The notes: generated from the sequence alone by a model not told the origin. Shown: positions 8,951 through 17,588, counted from the first letter of the stretch. The stretch is DNA of 26,955 nt from Candidatus Thorarchaeota archaeon (GCA_048884785.1 JBHLQM010000018.1:25429-52383), one strand, 5' to 3'. Numbers and translations are program-made.

Positions 8951-9649
8951 TCACTGCCAAATCATTTGAGTGAAGTGCTCAAGCAAAGGAGGTATGAGAT
9001 ACTCTGAGCGTGAGTAGACGGTTAAATCAACAAACGAATACTTTAACGAATGTGGACATTCAATTCGTATTCTCAAAATGACTCGTTCTCTATCAAGGAC
9101 CGACTGACCCATGAAATCCACAATATACACAGCTGTATTTTGAAATTCAACTTCCTCGGTATTTACAACTTGAAGACCGAGGTGAGAGAATTCCTTAATC
9201 ACTTCCCTTCTAAGACTAGATCCATTCTTTTCAATTCTAAGTGCTCTGCTTCGCTTGTACATTCTTCTTATCCAGAGCTCCAGGTCGAATGGAGTATAGT
9301 CAGTCTTTCTGTATTGAGGCGATTCATATCTTCCAAAAGGGAGTTCAGGTTCAGATGTCGGATCAAACTCTAGTAGAGCCGGTCGGGTCTTATTCTCTCT
9401 TGATTCTAAAAACTGTGTTAGTTCCTTCAGCGGAGCTTCTCTTGGATCATTTGATTCTGTATTTCCGTCATCAGTAATTGCAAGTCGTAGCCTTCTAGCC
9501 GAGCGTTCTAGGCCCTCTGTCCATTTGTAAATGGTGTCAGTTTTTGGAGCATTTCGCGAAACACATTCATAGAACATGATGACTAGTATGCAAATGGGGA
9601 CTAGACCAATTGCAAGGAATAGGATGCTCCATATGATATCGCCTTGCAA
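8951..9649 (-). CDS. N-terminally membrane-anchored protein with a C-terminal alpha/beta domain resembling the coatomer/adaptin appendage platform
   Basis: TTG start with AGGAGGAGA SD, single N-terminal TM, polar linker, ~115-aa C-terminal domain. The domain call is pattern-based inference. Confidence 0.7.
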   Translation of the reverse strand: MQGDIIWSILFLAIGLVPICILVIMFYECVSRNAPKTDTIYKWTEGLERSARRLRLAITDDGNTESNDPREAPLKELTQFLESRENKTRPALLEFDPTSEPELPFGRYESPQYRKTDYTPFDLELWIRRMYKRSRALRIEKNGSSLRREVIKEFSHLGLQVVNTEEVEFQNTAVYIVDFMGQSVLDRERVILRIRIECPHSLKYSFVDLTVYSRSEYLIPPLLEHFTQMIWQ

Positions 9650-9771
9650 TAAGTCTCCTCCTAGTCAAGAATTGTCAGGACAGAAGATAGCGTTTTTCAT
9701 TTTGCTGTTCAATGGTTAGATTGATATCAAAATCAGAGGATTGTCATTTGAAACACGGCACATTCTATTAC

Positions 9772-9882
9772 TGGGGTTGAGGCGTGCCCTGAGGAAGCTA
9801 AATAGCACATTGTCTCTGCTGGCTATTACTATTATTTCTCTCTCGCTTCTTCTATAGGCTCTGTGTCAACCCCACCCTTTTT
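9772..9882 (+). ncRNA. Candidate stand-alone structured small RNA
   Basis: Nested pairings TGGGGTTGA/TCAACCCCA, GAGGAAGC/GCTTCTTC and AATAGC/GCTATT, then a T5 tract. Neighbouring genes are on the opposite strand. Confidence 0.35.
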
Positions 9883-9964
9883 CATGTCTTGTCTATTATT
9901 CGGGAAAAAAAATGATGCTGCAAACATAAGCAAACTGAGCGTTTCAAGTACAATCCTCAGAGGC

Positions 9965-10060
9965 TCATCTCTTGAAATAGACATAGGTGATAGCCTCAGT
10001 GGATAGCTTGGGTCTGGAATCTTTGTGTCTATTATCAGATACTTGCTTTGCCAGTGCCAT
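9965..10060 (-). CDS. Unannotated 31-aa small basic protein MALAKQVSDNRHKDSRPKLSTEAITYVYFKR
   Basis: Perfect archaeal SD GGAGGTGA (10065-10072, minus) 4 nt before the ATG; T8 tract downstream (9905-9912, minus). Shorter than any ORF in the track. Confidence 0.55.
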   Translation of the reverse strand: MALAKQVSDNRHKDSRPKLSTEAITYVYFKR

Positions 10061-10312
10061 TGTATCACCTCCATGTTGAATAGGAATATCCTAAGGATTT
10101 GGTTGATATCACTTCATTCAATTTCCAAATGAAGCGTGGTTGATTGTATCTTATTCGATTCATGTTGCTTCAATATACTATAGACTGGTCACTCAATATT
10201 CCACTTCTGACAATAAATGACCAGAAATCTGGACATACTGTGACCAAAATGTCGGATTAGTTAGTTTAATTTGCCGATGCTGGATGCGTGTCACGACAAC
10301 GAGGCGAATTTA

Positions 10313-10885
10313 ATGGCAACACGACGTGAGTACTTCAAAGAGCCAATAGTTCGGATCGGCATAGAAGATGCTCGTTTTCCTCGTTCATGTCCAGTATGTG
10401 GGGCAGATGGCGAACATATTACTCGTATTTGGGCTTCTCCACACAAGATGGGGAATCCGAGATATCCGAAGCGAACTTCTCCTAGAATTGGATCTAAAGG
10501 CACAAAGGCGCTCCTAGTATATGTATGTGATGAGCACCATCAATCAGACGAAGGCTCTGATAACTCTCGAATTGCATGCACAGTTGGAAATGGATTAATG
10601 GTTGCTTTGCTACTATTTGCAATCTTGAATGCTGGCGGAGATATATGGGCCGGCCGACCGATTAATCCAATTTTCTTTGTTGTTGTTTTTCTCTTTGTGA
10701 TTGTGATTGCATTGAGTATTGCTGCATTCAAACCAGGCCCTCTTGAACGATCTATCCGAGTAGTCGGATTTGATTTAGGCTTTCAAAACATGTGGCTGCA
10801 ATTCAAGAGACCTGAGTATAGAGACCAATTTCTGGAAGAGAATGCATTGAAAGCAGAACTCGTCAGGTGGATTTCGAAGCTCTGA
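10313..10885 (+). CDS. Membrane protein with an N-terminal Zn-ribbon-like motif and two TM helices
   Basis: FPRSCPVCG...VYVCDEH, two hydrophobic helices, C-terminal LQFKRPEYRDQFLEEN. Start moved to ATG 10313 (GAGGCGA SD); the ORF track starts it at 10271. Confidence 0.72.
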   Translation: MATRREYFKEPIVRIGIEDARFPRSCPVCGADGEHITRIWASPHKMGNPRYPKRTSPRIGSKGTKALLVYVCDEHHQSDEGSDNSRIACTVGNGLMVALLLFAILNAGGDIWAGRPINPIFFVVVFLFVIVIALSIAAFKPGPLERSIRVVGFDLGFQNMWLQFKRPEYRDQFLEENALKAELVRWISKL

Positions 10886-10887
10886 CA

Positions 10888-10912
10888 TCAGCTTACGCTG
10901 ACCGTAAGCTGA
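10888..10912. repeat. Perfect 10-bp inverted repeat just after the stop codon
   Basis: TCAGCTTACG-CTGAC-CGTAAGCTGA. No U-tract follows on +, so it is not clearly a terminator. Confidence 0.6.
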
Positions 10913-10974
10913 AAAAGTATTCTTCTAATCTAATACTGATATCAGGTTGACTCGGTGCCATCAGACTTGAGGAT

Positions 10975-12492
10975 GTGATTAAGGAGATGCGAAGCTTCAG
11001 ATACTATTTTCCAATGCTTATTCTGATTATATTTGGTTTAGTATCTTCTTGCGCCTTTACAGATAGCTGTACCATATTCCAACTAGATGGTATCCATACT
11101 CCAAGTTCTGGGGGGGAGGATTCAAGTTTCTTCGAAACAAGATGGTGGTCTCGAGATAATACCTCTCCTCAATACCTTGCAGATAATGATGTTATCATGG
11201 GAGATCGGATTGAGATAGATGCAGAATTTGAAGACAACCCTGATAATCCCTTGATGAACGTTGAGAGTATTTCATGGAGAGCCTCAAAGGGTTTTGTTGA
11301 GAATCGAAGTGGTGAGCTTCTAGTTCCAGATCCAGGATATGATCCCTTCTTTCAAGGAATGAGGATGGACCAATTTACCTGGGAATGCATCGAAGGTATT
11401 CTGCAGGGCGATAATGTTCGAATAACTTTGTCACACAGTAACTCTGATACCGATGTTTTTGTTTATTGGGCAAACATAGACAATAGTAGGTGGACCACTG
11501 AAACTAGTATTACAGGAAGGCAAATGATCACTGGAAATCCACGAGTTGAACATGGAGCGTTTATCGCCCAAATGTCAGGTTCAATAATGGTAGGAATCTA
11601 TTGCTACGATCACCAGCCCGGGCAGTACAATCTTACTATCGATACAATGGAAGAGGAAAACGGGAGTGTACAACAGAATTCAGTTCGATATCGCACTTGG
11701 ACTTGGGGACGAAATGTTACCTTGTCAATAGATTTCATCGGGAACACTGTTTCAGGCTCTCTAATCAATAGGAGCATTCACAATGTCACGTTCCAAAATT
11801 TCTTTGCTCCCGCAATATCAAATATTCAGATTATATCCGAAGGAATCCTCAAACATATAACGTGGGACCTGCAGGATAGAAATCGGTTCGAGTCGCACCA
11901 ATATGAGGTGCATTTTTCGTACGATAATGGACTTACATATCAATTGCTGTCGAGGGGCCTCACAACACGCTACTATCTCTGGAATACTGCGGGATTTCGA
12001 GAATCTAATGAATATCGGATTCAAGTTAGAGCGATTGACGCAAGTGGACTAGTGGGCTATGGCTTCTCACCTGCCTTCTCAGCAGGGTCCCTTGCCGAGT
12101 TTACCGGACTCTTCTGGTACGCGATTGAATCAAGTGGCAATGCCAGTTATGTTCAGGGATCAGTCAACAACTCAATTTCATGGAATGTTTGGATACAAGG
12201 GGACAACCAGCTGGACTTTGAAATATACCTTGATGGCGAGGTAATAGAAACCGGATTGACCAGAGGTGAGGAGATAACTGTTGATACGGACGGTCTATCT
12301 GCAGGGGTTCATGCCTTTACGCTTTCATTGGGTTCTGAAACACGCACAAGAAACGACACTATTTTTGTCGAGGTGTTTCCTGATCCTCATTACGCATATG
12401 TTCAAACTACCTGTTCTTTGTCTGCAGGGGTAATTATGTTCCTGTCCATTTTGACTGTAGAGGTGAAGCGTAGGAGAGATTTTGGCTCCTAA
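10975..12492 (+). CDS. Secreted/cell-surface protein with beta-sandwich (PPC/Ig/FN3-like) domains and a C-terminal anchor
   Basis: Signal peptide, sequons, DTDVFVY..GQYNLTI jelly-roll-like segment, C-terminal TM plus KRRR; paralog of 7510..8709. Start may be ATG 10987. Confidence 0.75.
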   Translation: MIKEMRSFRYYFPMLILIIFGLVSSCAFTDSCTIFQLDGIHTPSSGGEDSSFFETRWWSRDNTSPQYLADNDVIMGDRIEIDAEFEDNPDNPLMNVESISWRASKGFVENRSGELLVPDPGYDPFFQGMRMDQFTWECIEGILQGDNVRITLSHSNSDTDVFVYWANIDNSRWTTETSITGRQMITGNPRVEHGAFIAQMSGSIMVGIYCYDHQPGQYNLTIDTMEEENGSVQQNSVRYRTWTWGRNVTLSIDFIGNTVSGSLINRSIHNVTFQNFFAPAISNIQIISEGILKHITWDLQDRNRFESHQYEVHFSYDNGLTYQLLSRGLTTRYYLWNTAGFRESNEYRIQVRAIDASGLVGYGFSPAFSAGSLAEFTGLFWYAIESSGNASYVQGSVNNSISWNVWIQGDNQLDFEIYLDGEVIETGLTRGEEITVDTDGLSAGVHAFTLSLGSETRTRNDTIFVEVFPDPHYAYVQTTCSLSAGVIMFLSILTVEVKRRRDFGS

Positions 12493-12527
12493 AGCTCAAG
12501 AGCTAGGGAATGGATCGCCAGTTTCAG

Positions 12528-15263
12528 TTAGAGATAGGGAAGCCCTCTCTCTTCTTTTATGGCAGCTTGGGCAGCCGCTAGCCTAGCAATTGGAAGTCGA
12601 TATGGGGAGCAAGAGACATAGTCGAGCCCAATGGAATGGAAATACTCAACTGAACGGGCCTCACCTCCGTGTTCTCCACAGACCCCCAGTTTGATGTCAG
12701 GACGAGTCTTTCTCCCACGTTCTATTGCTATCTCCATCAACTGACCAATACCGCGTTTGTCTATGCTGACAAATGGATCGTTTCGCAGCAAGTGGTTTTC
12801 GAGATAGGTAGGAAGAAACGTGTCTATGTCATCCCTGCTGAAACCGAATCCCATTTGGCTCAAATCGTTGGTTCCAAAGCTAAAGAACTCTGCACTATGA
12901 GCCATATCTCCGGCTCGCATGCAAGCGCGAGGAATTTCAATCATTGTTCCATAAAGGAAGTCAATCTCGAATCCTAGCTCATCTTTGACCTCTTGATAGA
13001 CCCTATCGACAATCATCTTCATGGCCATGAGCTCTGCAGCACCTATGGTGACAGGTATCATAATCTCGAGCTTGACTTTCTTACCTGCTTTCATCAATTC
13101 TGCCGCGCCTTCTAGGATTGCCCTGACCTGCATCTCATAGATCTCAGGGTGTGTTAATCCAAGCCTAACGCCTCTATTGCCCATCATCGGGTTGGATTCA
13201 TGCAGGGCATCACCTCTTCTTCGAATTTCCTCTAGCTCGATATTGAGAGAATGAGCCAAGCGTTCTTGTCCGATTTTGCTCTTTGGAACGAACTCATGCA
13301 GTGGCGGATCGAGAAGCCTGATAGTAACTGGGCGTCCGTCCATCATCTCCAAGACATCCTTAACGTCATCTTTCATATAGGGCTTGAGTTCCTCAAGAGC
13401 TGCACGTCTTTCTGCCTTTGTAGCACTCATGATCATCTTTCGCAATAGAAAAAGTGGTTCATCAGATCCTTCTCCATAGAACATATGCTCTGTTCTGAAA
13501 AGCCCGATACCTTCAGCTCCAAACTCTAACGCAGCCTTGGCATCTTCTCGCGTTTCTGCATTTGCCCTAACGCCTAGTCTTCTGTATTTATCTACTAAAT
13601 GCATGAATTCTAGCAGCCTCGGATTCTTTGTGGAGTCCATCATAGGCAGCTCTCCTTCATACACTAATCCGAGGGTTCCATTCAGTGTAAGAACGTCTCC
13701 TTCGCTGTATATCTTGCCGCCAACTGACATCTTTTTCTCGAAGGGGTCAACCTCCAAATCCGCTGCACCTACTATGCAGCATTTTCCCCATCCTCGCGTA
13801 ACCAAGGCTGCATGACTGGTCATACCGCCTCGTGCAGTTAAGAGTCCAATCGCCGCACGCATCCCTTCAATGTCTTCAGGACTGGTTTCTTCTCTAATCA
13901 GAATTACTTTCTTTCCCTTGTTTGTCCACTCCACTGCATCCTCTGAGGTAAAGACTATTTGTCCGACTGCGCCTCCCGGGCCTGCCGGAAGCCCTTTGGC
14001 AATAGGAGTGGCTTTTGCTTCAGCTTCTGTATCAAGAATTGGGAACAATAGCTGTCCAAGTTGCTCCGGCGCAATTCTAAGGATTCCAGTCTTCTCATCA
14101 ATCGTGCCGTCATGGACCAAATCCATTGCTATATTCAGTGCAGCTGTGGCGGTTCTCTTTCCAACACGATGCTGAACGAGGTACAACGTCCCCTGTTCTA
14201 TGGTAAATTCTATATCGAGCATATCCTTTGTTTCTTGTTCAAGGGTTTCTCGGATTTGTACAAGTTCTAAATAGATTTCAGGCATTTTTTCCTGAAGAGT
14301 CGGAAGGTGGTTGTTCTGTTCATTCTTCGAATCCTCATTCATGGGATTCGGAGTTCTGATCCCTGCGACAACATCCTCACCCTGTGCATTGAAGAGCATC
14401 TCGCCATAGAATTTGTTAGCACCAGTTGCAGGGTCTCTTGTGAATGCAACACCCGTTGCCGAGTCATCACCCAAATTACCAAACACCATAGATTGAACGG
14501 TGCATGCAGTGCCCCAATCATCAGGGATGTTTTCTATACGCCTGTATGAAACAGCGCGAGCTCCACCCCAGCTTTTGAAAACTGCCCCTATTGCTCCCCA
14601 TAGTTGCTCCATTGGATCATCCGGAAATGACCTACCAAGCGTCTTCGCAATTCTCTCTTTAAACTCATCACATAGTACCTTCAAGTTGTCCAGTGAGAGG
14701 TCCGTGTCATTCTGAACTCCCGCCTCTCTTTTCTTCTTGGACATTATCCATTCAAGTTGTTGACGAATGCCCCTACCTTCCTCGGGTTGGATACCTTCTG
14801 CCTTCTCCATCACTACATCAGAGTACATCATTATGAGCCGTCTATACGAGTCGTAAACAAACCTCTCATTCTTAGTTCTCTCAATTAAACCCGGAATTGT
14901 CTTTGTTGTCAGGCCAACATTAAGCACTGTTTCCATCATACCTGGCATGCTCTGCCTTGCTCCTGACCTGGCAGATACAAGCAGTGGATTCCTCGGGTCA
15001 CCGAATTTCTTTTTCATTACGCCTTCAACCCATTTCAGAGATTCAAGAACTTCCTTCTTGATTTGGTCTGGCAACCCACCTTCCCTGAGGTAGATGTTGC
15101 AGGCCTCTGTAGAAATGGTAAGACCCGGAGGGACAGGAAGTCCCATTAGCGTGGCATCGGCAAGGGCGGCTCCTTTTCCGCCAAGCAGATTCTTCATCTT
15201 CCCGCTACCGTCTGCCTTTCCTGATCCAAATTTGTATACGTGTTTCTCTTTTCCCTTGGGCAT
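12528..15263 (-). CDS. ppdK: Pyruvate, phosphate dikinase
   Basis: LLGGKGA, SMPGMMETVLN, AQGEDVVAGIRTP, GGMTSHAA (phospho-His), GIGLFRTEHMF, FSFGTNDL, GVCGEHGG; 911 aa. Confidence 0.97.
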   Translation of the reverse strand: MPKGKEKHVYKFGSGKADGSGKMKNLLGGKGAALADATLMGLPVPPGLTISTEACNIYLREGGLPDQIKKEVLESLKWVEGVMKKKFGDPRNPLLVSARSGARQSMPGMMETVLNVGLTTKTIPGLIERTKNERFVYDSYRRLIMMYSDVVMEKAEGIQPEEGRGIRQQLEWIMSKKKREAGVQNDTDLSLDNLKVLCDEFKERIAKTLGRSFPDDPMEQLWGAIGAVFKSWGGARAVSYRRIENIPDDWGTACTVQSMVFGNLGDDSATGVAFTRDPATGANKFYGEMLFNAQGEDVVAGIRTPNPMNEDSKNEQNNHLPTLQEKMPEIYLELVQIRETLEQETKDMLDIEFTIEQGTLYLVQHRVGKRTATAALNIAMDLVHDGTIDEKTGILRIAPEQLGQLLFPILDTEAEAKATPIAKGLPAGPGGAVGQIVFTSEDAVEWTNKGKKVILIREETSPEDIEGMRAAIGLLTARGGMTSHAALVTRGWGKCCIVGAADLEVDPFEKKMSVGGKIYSEGDVLTLNGTLGLVYEGELPMMDSTKNPRLLEFMHLVDKYRRLGVRANAETREDAKAALEFGAEGIGLFRTEHMFYGEGSDEPLFLLRKMIMSATKAERRAALEELKPYMKDDVKDVLEMMDGRPVTIRLLDPPLHEFVPKSKIGQERLAHSLNIELEEIRRRGDALHESNPMMGNRGVRLGLTHPEIYEMQVRAILEGAAELMKAGKKVKLEIMIPVTIGAAELMAMKMIVDRVYQEVKDELGFEIDFLYGTMIEIPRACMRAGDMAHSAEFFSFGTNDLSQMGFGFSRDDIDTFLPTYLENHLLRNDPFVSIDKRGIGQLMEIAIERGRKTRPDIKLGVCGEHGGEARSVEYFHSIGLDYVSCSPYRLPIARLAAAQAAIKEERGLPYL

Positions 15264-15303
15264 ACATATCCCTGCCTACAGTCTACTGGATGACATTCTC
15301 TAT

Positions 15304-15369
15304 CCCGGATTCCAGATATCAAAGGTAAGGAGCCTTCATCATTATGAAGAAGCTACCATATAATCCGGG
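15304..15369 (-). promoter_or_regulatory. Structured 5'-leader hairpin of ppdK (candidate)
   Basis: CCCGGATT/AATCCGGG, GGTA/TACC and CTTCAT/ATGAAG nested. A TATA-like TTTTAATA at 15400-15407 (minus) places the transcription start just upstream of the hairpin. Confidence 0.4.
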
Positions 15370-15466
15370 GCCAACATAAAGTAAACACATTTTCTTCGTT
15401 ATTAAAATGGTGGTACAGGCTGTACATTCATCATACCAGAACAGAATGACGAATTGACGCCTGCAC

Positions 15467-16081
15467 TTAATTGTCTGCAATAATGCCTTCCATTATCACC
15501 CTGATGAACATGTTGCGGATTTCATCCCAATCCAACTTGATGCCGGTTGTAACGTGTAGCGTTGAAAGCCCTCCGATTGCACTTACTAGAATTGTGGCTA
15601 CTGAGTTGACATCTAAATCTGCCTTAAACTCACCATTGCTGATTCCTTCCTCTAGAATACCTGATAGGAAATCTATGATTGAACTTTGCTGAGCTCCTAG
15701 CCTGCTTCTCATTTTCTTCATCCTTGAGGACGCAACTTGGAATTCTATCTCCATTCGACATGCTTCATCCGGTATATCGCACATAGCTCCAAAAACAAGA
15801 ATTGCTGCTTTCTCGAGTTTCGCTTTTGCTGACTTCTCATTTGACAGAAGCGATGTAAGATCCTTTAGGCTGAGTTTTGAATACCTTTCCTGCAATGATA
15901 GAAATAGATCCTCCTTGCTATTAAAATAGCCATAGATTGCTCCCTTGCTCATTCCGCTCTTTTCTACTATATCATCCATCGACGTATTGTGATATCCCTT
16001 TTTAGAAAAGAGATGTTCAGCAGCATCTAGAATCACATTTTGTGTCTTCATCTTATGCTCTTGGGTAACTCGTGGGCTCAA
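15467..16081 (-). CDS. TetR/AcrR family transcriptional regulator
   Basis: ILDAAEHLFSKKGYHNTSMDDIVEKSGMSKGAIYGYFNSKEDLF HTH; TTG start with GGAGG SD. Confidence 0.95.
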   Translation of the reverse strand: MSPRVTQEHKMKTQNVILDAAEHLFSKKGYHNTSMDDIVEKSGMSKGAIYGYFNSKEDLFLSLQERYSKLSLKDLTSLLSNEKSAKAKLEKAAILVFGAMCDIPDEACRMEIEFQVASSRMKKMRSRLGAQQSSIIDFLSGILEEGISNGEFKADLDVNSVATILVSAIGGLSTLHVTTGIKLDWDEIRNMFIRVIMEGIIADN

Positions 16082-16109
16082 GGCTGCTTCCTCCGGGTTA
16101 TACCATCCT

Positions 16110-16129
16110 GAAACTGACCAGTCGGTTTA
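16110..16129. promoter_or_regulatory. Putative TetR operator (autoregulatory)
   Basis: GAAACTGACCAGTCGGTTTA matches the palindrome at 17589-17608 at 17/20 positions. It lies between a TATA-like TTTATTAAAA (minus, ~16149-16158) and the tetR start. Confidence 0.75.
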
Positions 16130-16167
16130 ATGTAATAATGTTGGAGGTTTTTAATAAATGTAGAGGA

Positions 16168-16197
16168 CTCTTCAGTCACCATTTGGCAACTGAAGAG
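16168..16197 (-). terminator. Hairpin 3' of the MFS gene (terminator or stability element)
   Basis: CTCTTCAGT...ACTGAAGAG 9-bp stem, extended by G-U pairs only on the minus (coding) strand, 13 nt after the MFS stop. Confidence 0.45.
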
Positions 16198-16210
16198 GAT
16201 GCTCGTATCT

Positions 16211-17566
16211 CTACTGGTCATCTTTAACTTCTCCAACTTTCAGTATGTTGGGGACTAGAGATCCTAGGATTCCTACCAAAGCAAGGCCAATGCCTCCGAG
16301 TATAAACCAAGACTGGATACCGAAAAGCTCAACGATCCCTCCCGCAACAATGAGGCCGAAAGGTGCCATTGCAGGTCCTAAACTCATCAATACTGTGAAT
16401 ACGCGGCCCTGTAGCTCATGTGGAACCACTGCTTGAATCACGGCCATTAGTGAACCGCTGGCCATGGGTATCATGAATCCTGCAATGAATATGCCTCCAA
16501 TAGCGATGGCAATTAGACTTTGAGGAGCCAATCCAAGTACAAAAACTCCTCCAGAGGCAAATATCAGTGCAACTATTGCCGTCAACATCCTTCGCCTAAA
16601 ACCACCCCAGATGCCAAGTGCAACTCCGCCTGCAACCATCCCTACACCCATCATTGATTCCATCCATGCCAACTCAATCGCCCCACCGGCGAAATGTACC
16701 ATCACCAGCAGCGGGGTCAATGAGAAAGTTGGTGCTAGAATGAAGTTCGTCATCATCAGAGCAACTGTCACATACTTCCCGGCTACCCAATTCTTCATGT
16801 AGCTGAAACCCTCCATCATTTCTGACAGTATACCTGAAACTGTACTTCCTTCCTTGAGCTTCACACTAGGCTGAGGAATCTGGATCAGAATCAACGGCAA
16901 AATGGCTAATGCAGCGGTTCCGACATCTATCATTAGTATTGCCTGAATTGGTAGAAAGACCAGAAGAAGGGCTCCTAAGGGGGGAGCAGCTATCTTTGCC
17001 AATCCAGTGAGAGCTTGATACATGCCATTCACACGTGAGAGATTCTTCTTAGGAACCATCAAAGATGCAGAGGCCTGTAGCGCTGGCCATTGGAAGCTAG
17101 CTAAGGCCGACCGAATGGCCATTATGAGGAAGATGTGGAGCACATCTACAATTCCCTGCCACCATAGAGTGGCTAGGCCAATTATCATGATTGCACTTAA
17201 TCCATCTGATGCAATCATAACCTTCCGACGGCTCCATCTGTCAATGAGGGGTCCGACGAATGGGCTGATTACTATCTGAGGCAAGATTGCCATCATGGTC
17301 GCCATAATAAGTACTGTTGCACTTCCGGTGGTTACTGTGAGCCACCAAACAAGGGAAAACTGCACAAGTGCGCTTCCTACTAATGAGAACGCCTGACCAG
17401 AGAAGATTCTCATGAATTTCCTCATTTGGTTTGTTTGAGATGTGGAATCGAGGATTTCGTTAGATTCCGTTTGCGCCTCAACCAGCAATTGCTGGGCAAT
17501 GTCAGATGTTTCAGTGTTCGTAATTAATTCCATGTTCTTTTTTGACTCTTTATGTAGTGATACCAT
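16211..17566 (-). CDS. MFS transporter, DHA3/MefA-like efflux family
   Basis: GQAFSLVGS, motif A-like GPLIDRWSRRKVMI, WPALQA, ELQGRVF; about 12 TM. True start may be a downstream ATG. Confidence 0.92.
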   Translation of the reverse strand: MVSLHKESKKNMELITNTETSDIAQQLLVEAQTESNEILDSTSQTNQMRKFMRIFSGQAFSLVGSALVQFSLVWWLTVTTGSATVLIMATMMAILPQIVISPFVGPLIDRWSRRKVMIASDGLSAIMIIGLATLWWQGIVDVLHIFLIMAIRSALASFQWPALQASASLMVPKKNLSRVNGMYQALTGLAKIAAPPLGALLLVFLPIQAILMIDVGTAALAILPLILIQIPQPSVKLKEGSTVSGILSEMMEGFSYMKNWVAGKYVTVALMMTNFILAPTFSLTPLLVMVHFAGGAIELAWMESMMGVGMVAGGVALGIWGGFRRRMLTAIVALIFASGGVFVLGLAPQSLIAIAIGGIFIAGFMIPMASGSLMAVIQAVVPHELQGRVFTVLMSLGPAMAPFGLIVAGGIVELFGIQSWFILGGIGLALVGILGSLVPNILKVGEVKDDQ

Positions 17567-17588
17567 TGTAGTTCATTCCATATTTATA

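Noticed and set aside
9895-9967. TGA read-through of the 31-aa ORF as a selenopeptide (two in-frame TGA)
   Set aside because: No convincing AUGA/GA SECIS stem downstream, and the extension runs into a T8 terminator-like tract.
9772-10060. Type I toxin-antitoxin pair
   Set aside because: The peptide is not hydrophobic, and the predicted 3' ends (about 9882 on +, about 9905 on -) do not overlap.
9832-10074. 80-aa ORF in the track
   Set aside because: Its start overlaps the perfect SD of the 31-aa ORF in another frame, and it crosses a T8 tract.
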